This document shows positions 49,463 to 59,942 of a stretch of 64,000 nucleotides of DNA, piece by piece. Source of the DNA: Myxococcota bacterium. GTDB lineage: Bacteria; Myxococcota; XYA12-FULL-58-9; JABJBS01. Location of the stretch: assembly GCA_036339465.1 (NCBI GenBank), contig JAYZAY010000062.1, positions 1-64,000 of the forward strand. Reading direction: 5' to 3'. The position numbers and the translations under genes are program-made. Every line of letters starts with the position of its first letter. Position 1 is the stretch's first letter. The notes beneath the pieces are model-generated. The model had not been told where the DNA came from. It worked only from the letters and a program-made list of their open reading frames with translations, and made no database searches.

Positions 49463-49491
49463 GAAAAGGGCGACTTCGGTCGCCCTTTTTC
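49463..49491 (+). terminator. Rho-independent terminator
   Basis: AAAAGGGCGAC-TTCG-GTCGCCCTTTTT: perfect stem, UUCG loop, U-tract. Confidence 0.93.
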
Positions 49492-49533
49492 GTTTGTTCC
49501 ATGGGCAGAACGTGATTGTATACGGTCTTAGAT

Positions 49534-50556
49534 ATGCTTCTAAGGGATTTAACAAAATTAAGTGGGTGGTTTATTGCATCTCACGCCGCAAGAATTTCTG
49601 AAGAGCCGCTTTCTCTCTTGATAGCGGGGCAGCAACTCGCTTTTTACCGAATGAAAGGTAAGGTGGTTGCGGTTGAAGACCGCTGCCCTCATCGAAATGT
49701 TCCCATTTCACGGGGAAAAAATCACGGTGAGACGATTCAGTGTGGGTATCATGGATGGGAATTTGATTCTAAGGGCCATTGCGTGAGGATACCGGGCATG
49801 GTGGGGGAAATTCCCGAACCAAGACCTCATCTCAAGAATTTTCCTGTATTTGAGAAAGACAACTTTGTGTGGGTGTATGTGGGAGCTGATGCGCCTGAGG
49901 GTCAGCCTTATGCTTGGCGACATTTGGGCGAAGATGGTTATGTGAATTTCTTTTACGATTACCGCTTTAAAGGGGATCTTGTTTCTACGGCAGAAAATAT
50001 TCTCGATGTGCCCCATACTGCTTTTCTGCATAAAGGGCTTTTTCGTAGTGGGGCTTCCAACCGAATTGAAGTTGAAGTCCGACGTGGGTCTGGCATGGTT
50101 GAGGCGGAATATATGGGTGAACCGAGGCCAGAAGGGATTATGGGGCGGTTGTTGGCTCCTGGTGGTGGCGACGTCGTCCATGTCGACCGCTTTGTTTCTC
50201 CTTGTGTGGCCGAGGTGGAATACAGACTTGGGGAACACCGGCATATCTTGGTGGCCAGCGCCCTTACACCCATATCGACCGAAGAGACTCATATGTATGC
50301 AATGGCAGCCTTTCGGGTACCGAAAGTGCTGGCACCGATACTGCAACTTTTTAAGCCCATTGCCTTAAAGGTTGTGGCGCAAGATGCTGAGATGTTGGCT
50401 CTCCAAAAAGAGAATTTGGAGAGATTTGGCAAGCCGCAACTACGCTCAACCTATCTTGATGTTTTGGGGACTGAAATTTCCCGCCTAGTCCATGGTGAGA
50501 ATAGAGACCAAGAGGGTGAAATACAGGTGTTACGGCGGGTTGAAATGGAAATATAG
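49534..50556 (+). CDS. Rieske non-heme iron oxygenase alpha subunit (VanA-like)
   Basis: DRCPHR...QCGYHGWEF; ENILDVPHTAFLH; QD motif. Confidence 0.93.
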   Translation: MLLRDLTKLSGWFIASHAARISEEPLSLLIAGQQLAFYRMKGKVVAVEDRCPHRNVPISRGKNHGETIQCGYHGWEFDSKGHCVRIPGMVGEIPEPRPHLKNFPVFEKDNFVWVYVGADAPEGQPYAWRHLGEDGYVNFFYDYRFKGDLVSTAENILDVPHTAFLHKGLFRSGASNRIEVEVRRGSGMVEAEYMGEPRPEGIMGRLLAPGGGDVVHVDRFVSPCVAEVEYRLGEHRHILVASALTPISTEETHMYAMAAFRVPKVLAPILQLFKPIALKVVAQDAEMLALQKENLERFGKPQLRSTYLDVLGTEISRLVHGENRDQEGEIQVLRRVEMEI

Positions 50557-50611
50557 AAGGTCTCAACTTCGAAACTCTTGCAAATTTAAGGTGTTGCTAT
50601 AAGGCCCTTTT

Positions 50612-51478
50612 ATGTCTTTGAATGGCAAATATCCGTCGGTTGCGGTGATTATTCCCACTTTTAATAGGGCGACGCTATTGGAGCGAGCGGTTCGTTCAGT
50701 GATCGCGCAAACGGTTTTACCGGCCGAAATTTGGGTCATCGATGATGGTTCGACCGATGAGACCGAGGGTATGCTCCGGGCCAATTTTCCAGGGGTTCAT
50801 TATCGATATCAGGAGAATAGGGGCGTTAGTGCAGCGCGTAACATGGGCATTGAGGAAGCTGAATCAGACTGGATCGCACTTTTGGATTCCGATGATGCGT
50901 GGCAGCCGGAAAAATTGGAAAGACAGTTGAGGGCGCTTTCCAATAACCCTGAGGTCCTCTTTCTCCATACGGATGAAATATGGATGAGGCGTGGTAAACG
51001 GGTTAATCCGATGAACAAACATGCCAAACCCAATGGGCGTGTATTTAAAGCTTCTTTAGCTTTATGTGCGATGTCTCCCTCAAGTGCTTTGATTCACAGG
51101 CGTGTATTTGATGATGTTGGGCTATTCGATGAGTCACTGCCTGCTTGTGAAGACTACGATTTGTGGTTACGGATTTCTTCGAAGTACGATGTGCTTTTGG
51201 TTCCCGAGCCTTTGGTGGTGAAATATGGAGGGCATGAGGATCAGCTTTCGAGGAAACATTGGGGCATGGACCGGTTTAGGGTGAAAGCCCTTGAAAAAAT
51301 ACTGAAGGTGGGGGCGTGGTCTTTGACGCTCGATGAGAGAACTTTGGCTTTAAAGATTCTCCGGGAAAAACTAACGATTTTACGTAATGGTGCAGCCAAA
51401 CGAGGCAATGATGAACAAAGCTGTTTCTATGAGACGAAATTAGCTGCGTGGAATCTAAAGGCCACTGAGTCAAGGTAA
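50612..51478 (+). CDS. Glycosyltransferase family 2
   Basis: VIIPTFNR, IDDGSTD, GVSAARNMG, LDSDD, CEDYDLWLR. Confidence 0.95.
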   Translation: MSLNGKYPSVAVIIPTFNRATLLERAVRSVIAQTVLPAEIWVIDDGSTDETEGMLRANFPGVHYRYQENRGVSAARNMGIEEAESDWIALLDSDDAWQPEKLERQLRALSNNPEVLFLHTDEIWMRRGKRVNPMNKHAKPNGRVFKASLALCAMSPSSALIHRRVFDDVGLFDESLPACEDYDLWLRISSKYDVLLVPEPLVVKYGGHEDQLSRKHWGMDRFRVKALEKILKVGAWSLTLDERTLALKILREKLTILRNGAAKRGNDEQSCFYETKLAAWNLKATESR

Positions 51479-51486
51479 TACACACG

Positions 51487-52332
51487 ATGGCTGAATGCGG
51501 AGCAATATATTGGGTCGTCGCGTTGTCTGCGGAAGCAAAATGCATTGTAAAATATTTTGGTTTAAAGCGGACTCAAGGGCGACTGCCGTTTCCTCTTTAT
51601 CAAGATTCGGATGGAAGCAATCAATTGGTTGTTTCAGGGGCAGGGCGGATGGCCGCTGCTGCTGCCACGGCCTACCTGGCGGGTCGCAACACCGACAGCG
51701 ATACCGCAGGCTGGATTAATTTGGGAATTGCAGGTCACAAAGATTTTGAACTTGGTCATTTGGTAAGAGCAAATCGGGTTTCTGCTACCAATGAAAAACG
51801 TAGCTGGTATCCTGTTCTCCCTTTCAAGTCGTCAATTCAAGGGTATTCGGCACTCACGGTTGATTTACCCACAAAAGGATATCCCACCGAAGCGGTGGTC
51901 GAAATGGAGGCGTATGGTTTCTTAGGGGTGACCACATTGGTTGCTGGAGTGGAGCTTGGCCATTGTCTGAAGGTGATTTCAGACAATGAATCTCATCATT
52001 GGGAGGAGTTGGATCGTTTCAAGATTGAAGAACTCATGGCGAAATCCTGGGATGAGGTGGTGAGTTTTTCGGAGAAAATCCGGGAGATCTCCAGAGAAGA
52101 AAAATCATTGGTGGTAGAAAACCCGCGTTTGAAGGAAATGAGTTCTCGCTTTCGTTTGAGTGTTACCCAAAAAAACCGGCTTCGGCATGTCTTAACTCGG
52201 GTGGATGTTCTGGTTTTGGAGGGATTGTCTTTTCCGGAGAGCCTATTAGATGAAGCTTCAAACGGTAAAGATTTACTACGAAAACTTGAGGCTTGGGCCG
52301 ACGAGGCTTTTTCTATGAGTGACATGCTATGA
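51487..52332 (+). CDS. Nucleoside phosphorylase/MTA-SAH nucleosidase-fold protein
   Basis: VALSAEA, SGAG, INLGIAG, VEMEAYG, KVISD. Confidence 0.8.
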   Translation: MAECGAIYWVVALSAEAKCIVKYFGLKRTQGRLPFPLYQDSDGSNQLVVSGAGRMAAAAATAYLAGRNTDSDTAGWINLGIAGHKDFELGHLVRANRVSATNEKRSWYPVLPFKSSIQGYSALTVDLPTKGYPTEAVVEMEAYGFLGVTTLVAGVELGHCLKVISDNESHHWEELDRFKIEELMAKSWDEVVSFSEKIREISREEKSLVVENPRLKEMSSRFRLSVTQKNRLRHVLTRVDVLVLEGLSFPESLLDEASNGKDLLRKLEAWADEAFSMSDML

Positions 52333-53339
52333 TCGACACGATCTATATTGAAGATGAGGTTCGGAATCATCCACGAACAAGGTCAATTCTAGAGCGCTAT
52401 AAAGGGGCTGACATAGTTTCTTGTGAGCGTTACACTGAAATTTTCAATCGTCGTTCTCAGAACTTCAGGATTCAAAAAAAGAATCCAGCACTTATTATTG
52501 CGCGTAAACATGGTGCTAAAGTTCTTCCTACACCGGAGGGCTATGGGGTAGGTGGAAAAAACAACTTCTATTTTTCTCATATGCTCAACTGTCTCTATGA
52601 TTGTCGCTATTGTTTTCTACAAGGCATGTATCGATCTGCGAACTATGTTTGGTTTGTGAATTACGAGGATTTTGGTGACGAAATCCTCAAGGCAGTGAAG
52701 CAGAATCAAGGTTCAGGGGAGGATTCGTATTTCTTTTCAGGCTATGACTGCGACTCTTTAGCCATGGAGGATCTCACCGGATTTGTTGATTGGGCGATTC
52801 CCTTCTTTTCCCAAGTTCAAGGCGCTTATCTTGAATTGCGCACCAAAAGCGTCAACTTAAAAGCACTCAAAAAGCACGCTCCTATGGAGCATTGTATTGT
52901 GGCTTTTAGTTTAACTCCCGATGCGGTTGCCAAAAAAGTTGAGCATGGTGCGCCGAAAGTTGAAAGTCGAATTAAAGCGATGTCTCAGCTCATAGAACTT
53001 GGTTGGAAAGTGGGAATTCGGTTTGACCCTTTAATTCAGCACCCCAATTTTGAGGCAAGTTACGAGGGCTTGTTTCGTGATGTTTTCGGAGCCCTGCCGG
53101 CGGATCGTATCCATTCGGTTAGCTTTGGTCCCATGCGTTTTCCCAAGACCATGTACGACCGAATTTTAAAGCTATATCCCAAGGAAAAAATGTTGCATGC
53201 GCCTATGGAAAACTATGATGGGATGATCTCCTATGGGCGGGAAAAGGAAGTGGCCATCATCAATCATTGCCAGAAGGCCCTTGGGGAGCATATTGATACC
53301 ACGAAGTTTTTTCGATGTATGCCGGGAGAAATGCCGTGA
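52329..53339 (+). CDS. Spore photoproduct lyase-like radical SAM protein
   Basis: NCLYDCRYCFLQG (CxxxCxxC), SGYDCDSLA, LELRTKS, AFSLTP, GIRFDP. Confidence 0.9.
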   Translation: MIDTIYIEDEVRNHPRTRSILERYKGADIVSCERYTEIFNRRSQNFRIQKKNPALIIARKHGAKVLPTPEGYGVGGKNNFYFSHMLNCLYDCRYCFLQGMYRSANYVWFVNYEDFGDEILKAVKQNQGSGEDSYFFSGYDCDSLAMEDLTGFVDWAIPFFSQVQGAYLELRTKSVNLKALKKHAPMEHCIVAFSLTPDAVAKKVEHGAPKVESRIKAMSQLIELGWKVGIRFDPLIQHPNFEASYEGLFRDVFGALPADRIHSVSFGPMRFPKTMYDRILKLYPKEKMLHAPMENYDGMISYGREKEVAIINHCQKALGEHIDTTKFFRCMPGEMP

Positions 53340-54046
53340 GACTTGAAGGTAAAGCTTATTTGGTCACCGGGAGTTCTACGGGTATTGGTAAAGCGACTAC
53401 CCAAAATCTTTTAAGGGAAGGGGCCCGAGTGGTTGGGGTTGCTCGCAGAGAAGTTGAGGTCACCAAAGACGAGAATTACGTTCACATAAGATTTGATTTG
53501 AGTCATGTCGAAAAAATTCCGGAATTGATTGAGAAGGTGTGGAATCTAGAACCGGATATCTGTGGCGTGATTGATTGCGCAGGGGCGGGCGTTTTTGGTT
53601 CCATTGAAGAATTTTCTTTGGTGCAAATTCAGCGTTATCTCGAATTCAATTTGATTTATCACGCGATTTTGGCCCGTTATATCTTACCGCGTTTTAAGAA
53701 AGCAGGGTGCGGGGATTGGCTATGGGTTGGTTCTGAATCTGCCTTAAGGGCGGGGAAATTTGGTAGTCTCTATAGTGCGGCTAAATTTGGAGTTCGGGGA
53801 ATGCTCCAATCCTTAAGAGCTGAATGTGCAGGCAGTGGAATTAGAATCATGATGGTTCATCCGGGGATGGTTCGTACCCCTTTTTTTGACGATTTGCGAT
53901 TTGAACCAGGTCCCTCGGAAGAACACGCTCTAGAGGCGGACGATGTTGCTGATTCGTTGTTAACAATGTTGACACAGAATTCTCGGGTTTGGACAGACGA
54001 ACTGATGTTGAATGCTCGCCACCATGTGGTTAAGAAAAGTAAGTAA
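53336..54046 (+). CDS. Short-chain dehydrogenase/reductase
   Basis: VTGSSTGIG, YSAAKFG (YxxxK), HPGMVRT; GTGA overlap with the upstream gene. Confidence 0.93.
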   Translation: MRLEGKAYLVTGSSTGIGKATTQNLLREGARVVGVARREVEVTKDENYVHIRFDLSHVEKIPELIEKVWNLEPDICGVIDCAGAGVFGSIEEFSLVQIQRYLEFNLIYHAILARYILPRFKKAGCGDWLWVGSESALRAGKFGSLYSAAKFGVRGMLQSLRAECAGSGIRIMMVHPGMVRTPFFDDLRFEPGPSEEHALEADDVADSLLTMLTQNSRVWTDELMLNARHHVVKKSK

Positions 54047-54064
54047 ATCTTAGGAGATTGCAAT

Positions 54065-55321
54065 ATGCATATGTGGATGCTCATTGTCGTAGGAACCATC
54101 TGTGTGGAGTTCCTGCTCAATAATTTGGCCAGGATCCTAAATCTTAGGGCCATGATGGAAACAGTGCCCGGGGAGTTTAAAGAATTTTATGACCAGGAGA
54201 GATATACGCGCTCCCAAGAATACACGAAAGACCGGATGAAGTTTGGCGCGATTTCCGCGACTTTTTCCGTTGTGGTGACACTTACTTTCATCTTGGCGGG
54301 TGGCTTTCCCTGGCTGGACCTTCTCGTCCGCGGCTGGTCTTCGGCGCCAGTGATTCAAGGTCTTCTCTTTTTTGCAGTGCTGGGTTTGGGAAGTGATCTC
54401 CTTTCTCTTCCGTTCTCGCTCTACAGCACCTTTAGCATAGAAGAGCGGTATGGATTCAATAAAATGACAATGGGAACTTTCGTTGGGGACCATCTTAAAG
54501 GGTATTTGATTGCGGTATTAATTGGAGGGCCTGTTTTGGGTGGCCTTTTGTGGTTTTTTGGCACTTACAGAGATTTCGGGTGGCTCTATGCTTGGGGATT
54601 GATGGCTCTCTTTACGGTGATCGCGCCGGTTATTTTTACGTCCTTTATTGCGCCAATCTTCAACAAATTTGAGCCGTTGGAAGAAGGGAATTTGATGGAT
54701 GCGATTCGCGGTTTGGCTCGAAAGACACAATTTTCGGTACAGCGAATCTATGTGATGGATGGTTCAAAAAGGTCAGGGCATTCCAATGCATACTTTAGTG
54801 GCTTTGGAAAATTCAAACGAATTGCCTTATTTGATACCTTGATCGAGCAGCACCCCGAAAATGAATTGGTGGCAATATTGGCCCATGAAATTGGACATTA
54901 CAAATTGAAGCACATTTTATGGGGAACGGTGATTTCCATTGGCCATTTGTTTTTTCTCTTTTGGATACTTTCCTGGTTTTTAGGAGAAGCAAGTCTATTT
55001 ACTGCGTTTGATGTGGCTGAATCCTCTGTGTATATGGGATTGGCACTCTTCTCATTGGTTTTTTCCCCGATTAGTTTAGTGCTGGGTATCGTGATGAACT
55101 ATTGGTCGCGGCAGAATGAATATGCAGCGGACAGATATTCCGCCGAAACCATTGGTGAATCCGATTCGATGATCACGGGCCTGAAACGCCTCTCTGCGGA
55201 AAATTTATCGAATCTCACGCCACATGGGCTTTCGGTGATGCTCCATGCCAGCCATCCCACGGCACTAGAGCGTGTGGCCGCTTTGAGAAGCCTCAACTTA
55301 TCGCTTACGAAGGTCTCATGA
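54065..55321 (+). CDS. M48 (Ste24/CAAX-like) membrane metallopeptidase
   Basis: DGSKRSGHSNAYFSG, LAHEIGH, NEYAAD, SHPT. Confidence 0.95.
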   Translation: MHMWMLIVVGTICVEFLLNNLARILNLRAMMETVPGEFKEFYDQERYTRSQEYTKDRMKFGAISATFSVVVTLTFILAGGFPWLDLLVRGWSSAPVIQGLLFFAVLGLGSDLLSLPFSLYSTFSIEERYGFNKMTMGTFVGDHLKGYLIAVLIGGPVLGGLLWFFGTYRDFGWLYAWGLMALFTVIAPVIFTSFIAPIFNKFEPLEEGNLMDAIRGLARKTQFSVQRIYVMDGSKRSGHSNAYFSGFGKFKRIALFDTLIEQHPENELVAILAHEIGHYKLKHILWGTVISIGHLFFLFWILSWFLGEASLFTAFDVAESSVYMGLALFSLVFSPISLVLGIVMNYWSRQNEYAADRYSAETIGESDSMITGLKRLSAENLSNLTPHGLSVMLHASHPTALERVAALRSLNLSLTKVS

Positions 55322-56094
55322 ATTTCATCCAAGTATCCGACCTTCACTTAAATTCTGGACCGGGCTCTGATTTTAAAGGGGTGGATTCGAAAAAGAGACT
55401 CATGGATATCTTGAATCACGCGGAGGCCAACGTTGAAGACCTTTCTCTCATTTTGTTGACCGGAGATTTGGCCCATGATGAAAAATTAGAAACCTATGTG
55501 TGGCTGCGTAATGCTCTCTTAGCGTGCGGGAAACCGTTTTTATTGGTTCCGGGAAACCACGACCATTTGGGGAATTTCACCAGTGTGTTTGGTGAGGTGA
55601 TAGAGACAGAGGACTCTTGGATATTCAATCATGTGACTGATGGACTCCATTTTATCGGTCTAAACTCCAAAATGAAGGGAGAGGTCTCTGGGCTCTTGTC
55701 GGCGGTCAGTCTTGAGGCTTTGTCTAGATTACTGGATGCGCAAAGAGATAAAATGAGAATCATATGTTTGCATCATCCACCTATTCTCACAGGAGACAAG
55801 GTTTCCGATGAGATCGGTTTAAGGAATCGAGATGCCTTTTGGGGAGCTCTCGGAGAGGATTTTTCCGGGACGGTAATTTTTGGCCATTTACACAGGGAAA
55901 TAGAGACAACCTTCAACAAGACTCGCGTCTATGGATGTCCGTCAACAGCTTTGGGATATGAGGGTGATGAGATGGGCTTAAAAATTGATCTGGATGCGTG
56001 GGGCTACCGACGTTTTTCGTGGGATGCGCAAAAAGGTTTGGAATCCATGGTGGTATGGATGGGAAGCTCTAGATTGGTCAGCCCGTTGCGGTAG
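55318..56094 (+). CDS. Metallophosphoesterase (CpdA-like)
   Basis: SDLH, TGDL, PGNHD, HHPP, GHLH. Confidence 0.92.
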   Translation: MNFIQVSDLHLNSGPGSDFKGVDSKKRLMDILNHAEANVEDLSLILLTGDLAHDEKLETYVWLRNALLACGKPFLLVPGNHDHLGNFTSVFGEVIETEDSWIFNHVTDGLHFIGLNSKMKGEVSGLLSAVSLEALSRLLDAQRDKMRIICLHHPPILTGDKVSDEIGLRNRDAFWGALGEDFSGTVIFGHLHREIETTFNKTRVYGCPSTALGYEGDEMGLKIDLDAWGYRRFSWDAQKGLESMVVWMGSSRLVSPLR

Positions 56095-57010
56095 CTTTTT
56101 GGGATAATCCGGTTTTTGGCTTTGTGGTAATGGATGCCAGATAAATGGCACTTAGGGTCAACATTGTTCCTCCAAATTCAAATTTACCGAAGGGCTCATC
56201 GAAGAAAAGAACCCCCCATATCATTGTGAGCACAGGCTGGAGTAGAATAAGGAGCGCGCTTCTTGCTACGGATAATCTGGTGATCCCAAGCGAGATGAAA
56301 ACCCAACCACCGATGTGAACGATAATCGCTAAACATGCGAACACAGAGAAGTCTTGCCAATGTGGTATGGTTGTTTCTTCACCGGTTAAGATAGCCAAGG
56401 TGAAGAGAACCAAACTCGTAATCGTACTAACGAACCCCAAGTTGATTGTTAGAGGGAGTGGATACTTTGTGGTCTGACTTTCTCGTAGGGTTAAAATGTA
56501 GGTGGCATAGCAAAGCCCTGTTGCCAAGCCTGCGAGCGTACCCACTGTAGACAATGAGTCAGTGGCGATACCCGGCACGGTTAAGAGGGCTACTCCCCCC
56601 AACGCACCGAAAGTCGCGAATGCAAATAAGGGGGAAAGCGCTTCTTTAAAAAAGATGCTTGCAAATAATGCGACCCAAAAAACTTGGGTGTTTGTCAAAA
56701 GGGTTGCCAATCCCGCTCCCGTAAGAACGATGGCGTGATGGAAGGCGAAGAGGTCGATACCGAAAATGAATCCAGCGATAATGGCGAGCCACATGGCTTT
56801 ATGTGACTGTGCAGTCCGCGAAAATTTTCCGGGCCCGAAGATACCGAAAGCAAAGAGGAGCAGAGCCGCAAAGGCGGTTCGGTAGAATCCAGTGGTTGAG
56901 GGTCCTGTGGAGGCTGCTTTTACAAGGGGGCCCGCGCCACTGATACATGTGGCCCCAAGGGCAACCCATACGCTCGGAGATACTCTATACTGGATATTTT
57001 CAAGGGCCAT
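56078..57010 (-). CDS. DMT/EamA family transporter
   Basis: About 10 TM helices, two EamA repeats, LLQPV. Confidence 0.92.
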   Translation of the reverse strand: MALENIQYRVSPSVWVALGATCISGAGPLVKAASTGPSTTGFYRTAFAALLLFAFGIFGPGKFSRTAQSHKAMWLAIIAGFIFGIDLFAFHHAIVLTGAGLATLLTNTQVFWVALFASIFFKEALSPLFAFATFGALGGVALLTVPGIATDSLSTVGTLAGLATGLCYATYILTLRESQTTKYPLPLTINLGFVSTITSLVLFTLAILTGEETTIPHWQDFSVFACLAIIVHIGGWVFISLGITRLSVARSALLILLQPVLTMIWGVLFFDEPFGKFEFGGTMLTLSAIYLASITTKPKTGLSQKATATG

Positions 57011-58118
57011 GAATAATTTGATAACAGGTGATGATGCTCAGGGGAATCCAAAATCCTCCTTCAGCCATTTCTCGGGTCGAAAATTTGTGTTGACCGATGA
57101 CAGGTCTATGCCCACGTTTAGTGTTTACTGGTTAGAAGGTGTCCTAAACCCAGTGGGTCTCCCACCCACAGGATTGGTTTTCCTATGATGCTATCCCGGA
57201 CTTTTTTCAGAGGATGTTTTCCTCCGCTGGGTATCTGTCCCATATTTTCGTAGGGTGAGCGCGGTGAAGCGGTGGAGCGGTTTTAATGATGGGGAAGATA
57301 GGGTGGCTTTTGAGACCATGGGCCATAGACGGTCGATGAAGATACGTAGGGGCAATGGTCAGCGGGTTACGACGAGATTCGCCAAATGCTCCCCACTCAA
57401 TACCATGGCCGTCTCTTTTGGGGGAGCAATTCCATGCCGATGTTTGTGGGTATTGGTGCAGAGCAGTCTTTTCGGTGACGTGGCCGTTTTTTACATTTAA
57501 AATAGCGTCTCGATCCGAAGGGGATTTTTGAGAACAGTTCTTCGCCATTGATGGCTGAATACATAGAAATCTGCGCTTACCCCGGGTGTGGCTTTTCGCG
57601 GGATTGTGTTTCCGCGGCTGATTTGGATGAGGGTAGGTGATTTTGGCCGTTACCGTGGAGGCATATTTTTCCAACTCGCTTGTGTTTGTCGAAAGGAATG
57701 GGGAACGAAGGGCATGAGAATGCTGTCTTTAACGGCCTTAAATTTTTAATGGGACCTCATCCTTTGTCTCCCTTGACCTGTCTTTTATTTGAACCCCTGC
57801 TTCTTACGTACCTTTTAACGCTATGGGGGTGGATGACCAACCCCTCAGGTATGGTGGTGTCGGTATCCATGGATTCCACCTATGGGTCATTTGAGTGGGG
57901 TTGTTCATCTTGAATTTTGGCCCACATTGGTAGAGAGTAACATTTGGGTAGCTTTTCTGTGGTGCGTCTATGACTTGACCACGAATTTTATATTCCGGTT
58001 GGTCATACAACCTCGAGAAGTTAACGTTTTGGTCTTGTAGTAGGTGCTCGAAAACCTTGCAGGGGGCCACACCAAAAACTATTGTGCAGTGTTCAATTTT
58101 TGGAGGACGATTAATTCT

Positions 58119-59942
58119 ATGAGTGTAACCAAACATTACCGAGCCAATCTTCGAGACATTTACTTCAACCTCTTTGAATTCTACCGAATTCAGGATTCTA
58201 CCTTGGGAAAGGGCCCATATACGGATCTCGATGAGGATACGATTCGTGAGATACTGGGGACATTTGCGACCTTTTGTGAAGAAGAGATGGCGTTGAGTTT
58301 TGCTTCCTCGGATAGAACAGGACTTATTCGAGATGAGGATGGAACGGTGACGCTTCCGGATTGTCTGAAAAAATCGCTGGATTCCTATTATGAGGGAGGA
58401 TGGCATAAGGTTGAGCACTCCGTGGAAATGGGTGGGTATGGTATCCCGCGTTCGGTTTTTTGGACTTCATTCGAGCTGCTGGCCGGCGCCAACGCTGCGA
58501 TGACTTTTTACCTTCTGGGGAGTTTTGCAGCCAAGATTGTTGAGGATTACGGCACCGACGAGCAGAAAAAAGCGTTCTTGGATGGTTTAGTCAATAGGCG
58601 GTGGGGCTCCACCATGGTTCTCACGGAACCCGATGCGGGCAGTGATGTTGGTGCTGGTCGCACGAAAGCGAAACATATCGAAGGCGATATTTGGTCCATT
58701 GAAGGGGTGAAACGATTCATTACCAATGGAGATTTTGATGCGACCGAAAATATCATGCATATGGTTCTTGCCCGTCCTGAGGGGGCTGCTTCAGGCACGA
58801 AAGGGCTTTCTCTCTTTTTGGTACCGAAGTTTTGGGTGAAAGAGGATGGCTCTTTGGGTGAGCGAAATGATGCTTACTGTAGTAATTTGGAAACGAAAAT
58901 GGGACTCAAAGCGTCTGCTACGTGCGAGATGACCTTTGGGGACCGTGGCCTATGTCGTGGTTACCTTTTGGGTGGTGTTCACGATGGTATTCGACAGATG
59001 TTTAATGTGATTGAATATGCCCGCATGGGTGTTGGCATGAAGTCGATGTCTACTCTGTCGACGGCGTATCTAAATTCCTTAGAGTACGTTAAGGAGCGTG
59101 TCCAAGGTCCAGACCTGGTCCATTCGATGGATAAGGATGCACCGCGCGTAACGATTATTCACCATCCAGATGTTCGTCGTCTCTTAATGAAGCAGAAATC
59201 CTATGCTGAAGGTCTTCGTGGGTTGGGGATGTTGGCCTCAACACTTCAAGACGAGATCGTGATTGCAGGCGCAGAAGGAGACAAGGAGAAGGTGAGTAAG
59301 CTTCATTTGCGCAATGACCTTTTGCTTCCTCTTGTTAAGGGGTTTGGTTCTGAAAGGGTCTATGAGATTCTAGCAGACTCTCTGCAATGTTTGGGAGGCT
59401 CTGGTTATTGCAAGGATTATCCCCACGAACAATATATCCGTGACCAAAAGATAGATACGCTCTATGAGGGGACGACGGCCATTCAAGGTTTGGATCTCAT
59501 TTTTAGAAAGATTATGAAGGATGGCGGTAACACGCTTCGACATTTTTTGGGGCGCATCCATAAAGATATTGAGGCCGAGATTGGTGGCGCGAGTTTCGAA
59601 ACAGAACGGAATATCTTGTCGAAGGCATTTGCTGATTTTTCCAAGATTTTGGAGATGATGGTTCCGCGAGTGGGTGAGTCGCTTTATCATGCGGGCTTGC
59701 ATAGTACTCGAATTCTCTTTTCCCTAAGTGAGCTTCTTTTAGGGTGGCTTCTTCTTAAGCAAGCAGGGGTTGCACTCAAGGCCCTAGAGACCGCTGAAGG
59801 CGCGGACAAGTCTTTTTATGAGGGCAAGTGTGCCAGTGCGCGTTATTTCTGTCGTGAAGAGTTACCACGGGTATCGATGTCTAAGAAGGTCATTGAGCAT
59901 AGTGACCTTTCGTTGATGGAGTTGAGCGAAGAGGCGTTCTAG
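58119..59942 (+). CDS. Acyl-CoA dehydrogenase (long form)
   Basis: MVLTEPDAGSDVG, GTKGLSLFLVPK, IIHHPDVRR, LYEGTTAIQGLD; start at ATG 58119. Confidence 0.95.
   Translation: MSVTKHYRANLRDIYFNLFEFYRIQDSTLGKGPYTDLDEDTIREILGTFATFCEEEMALSFASSDRTGLIRDEDGTVTLPDCLKKSLDSYYEGGWHKVEHSVEMGGYGIPRSVFWTSFELLAGANAAMTFYLLGSFAAKIVEDYGTDEQKKAFLDGLVNRRWGSTMVLTEPDAGSDVGAGRTKAKHIEGDIWSIEGVKRFITNGDFDATENIMHMVLARPEGAASGTKGLSLFLVPKFWVKEDGSLGERNDAYCSNLETKMGLKASATCEMTFGDRGLCRGYLLGGVHDGIRQMFNVIEYARMGVGMKSMSTLSTAYLNSLEYVKERVQGPDLVHSMDKDAPRVTIIHHPDVRRLLMKQKSYAEGLRGLGMLASTLQDEIVIAGAEGDKEKVSKLHLRNDLLLPLVKGFGSERVYEILADSLQCLGGSGYCKDYPHEQYIRDQKIDTLYEGTTAIQGLDLIFRKIMKDGGNTLRHFLGRIHKDIEAEIGGASFETERNILSKAFADFSKILEMMVPRVGESLYHAGLHSTRILFSLSELLLGWLLLKQAGVALKALETAEGADKSFYEGKCASARYFCREELPRVSMSKKVIEHSDLSLMELSEEAF

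Noticed and set aside
57207..57913. ORF 57207..57674 and a minus-strand YVSSSTVYG...PRSPY string resembling an NAD-dependent epimerase
   Set aside because: Bounded by stops with no flanking similarity; may be chance
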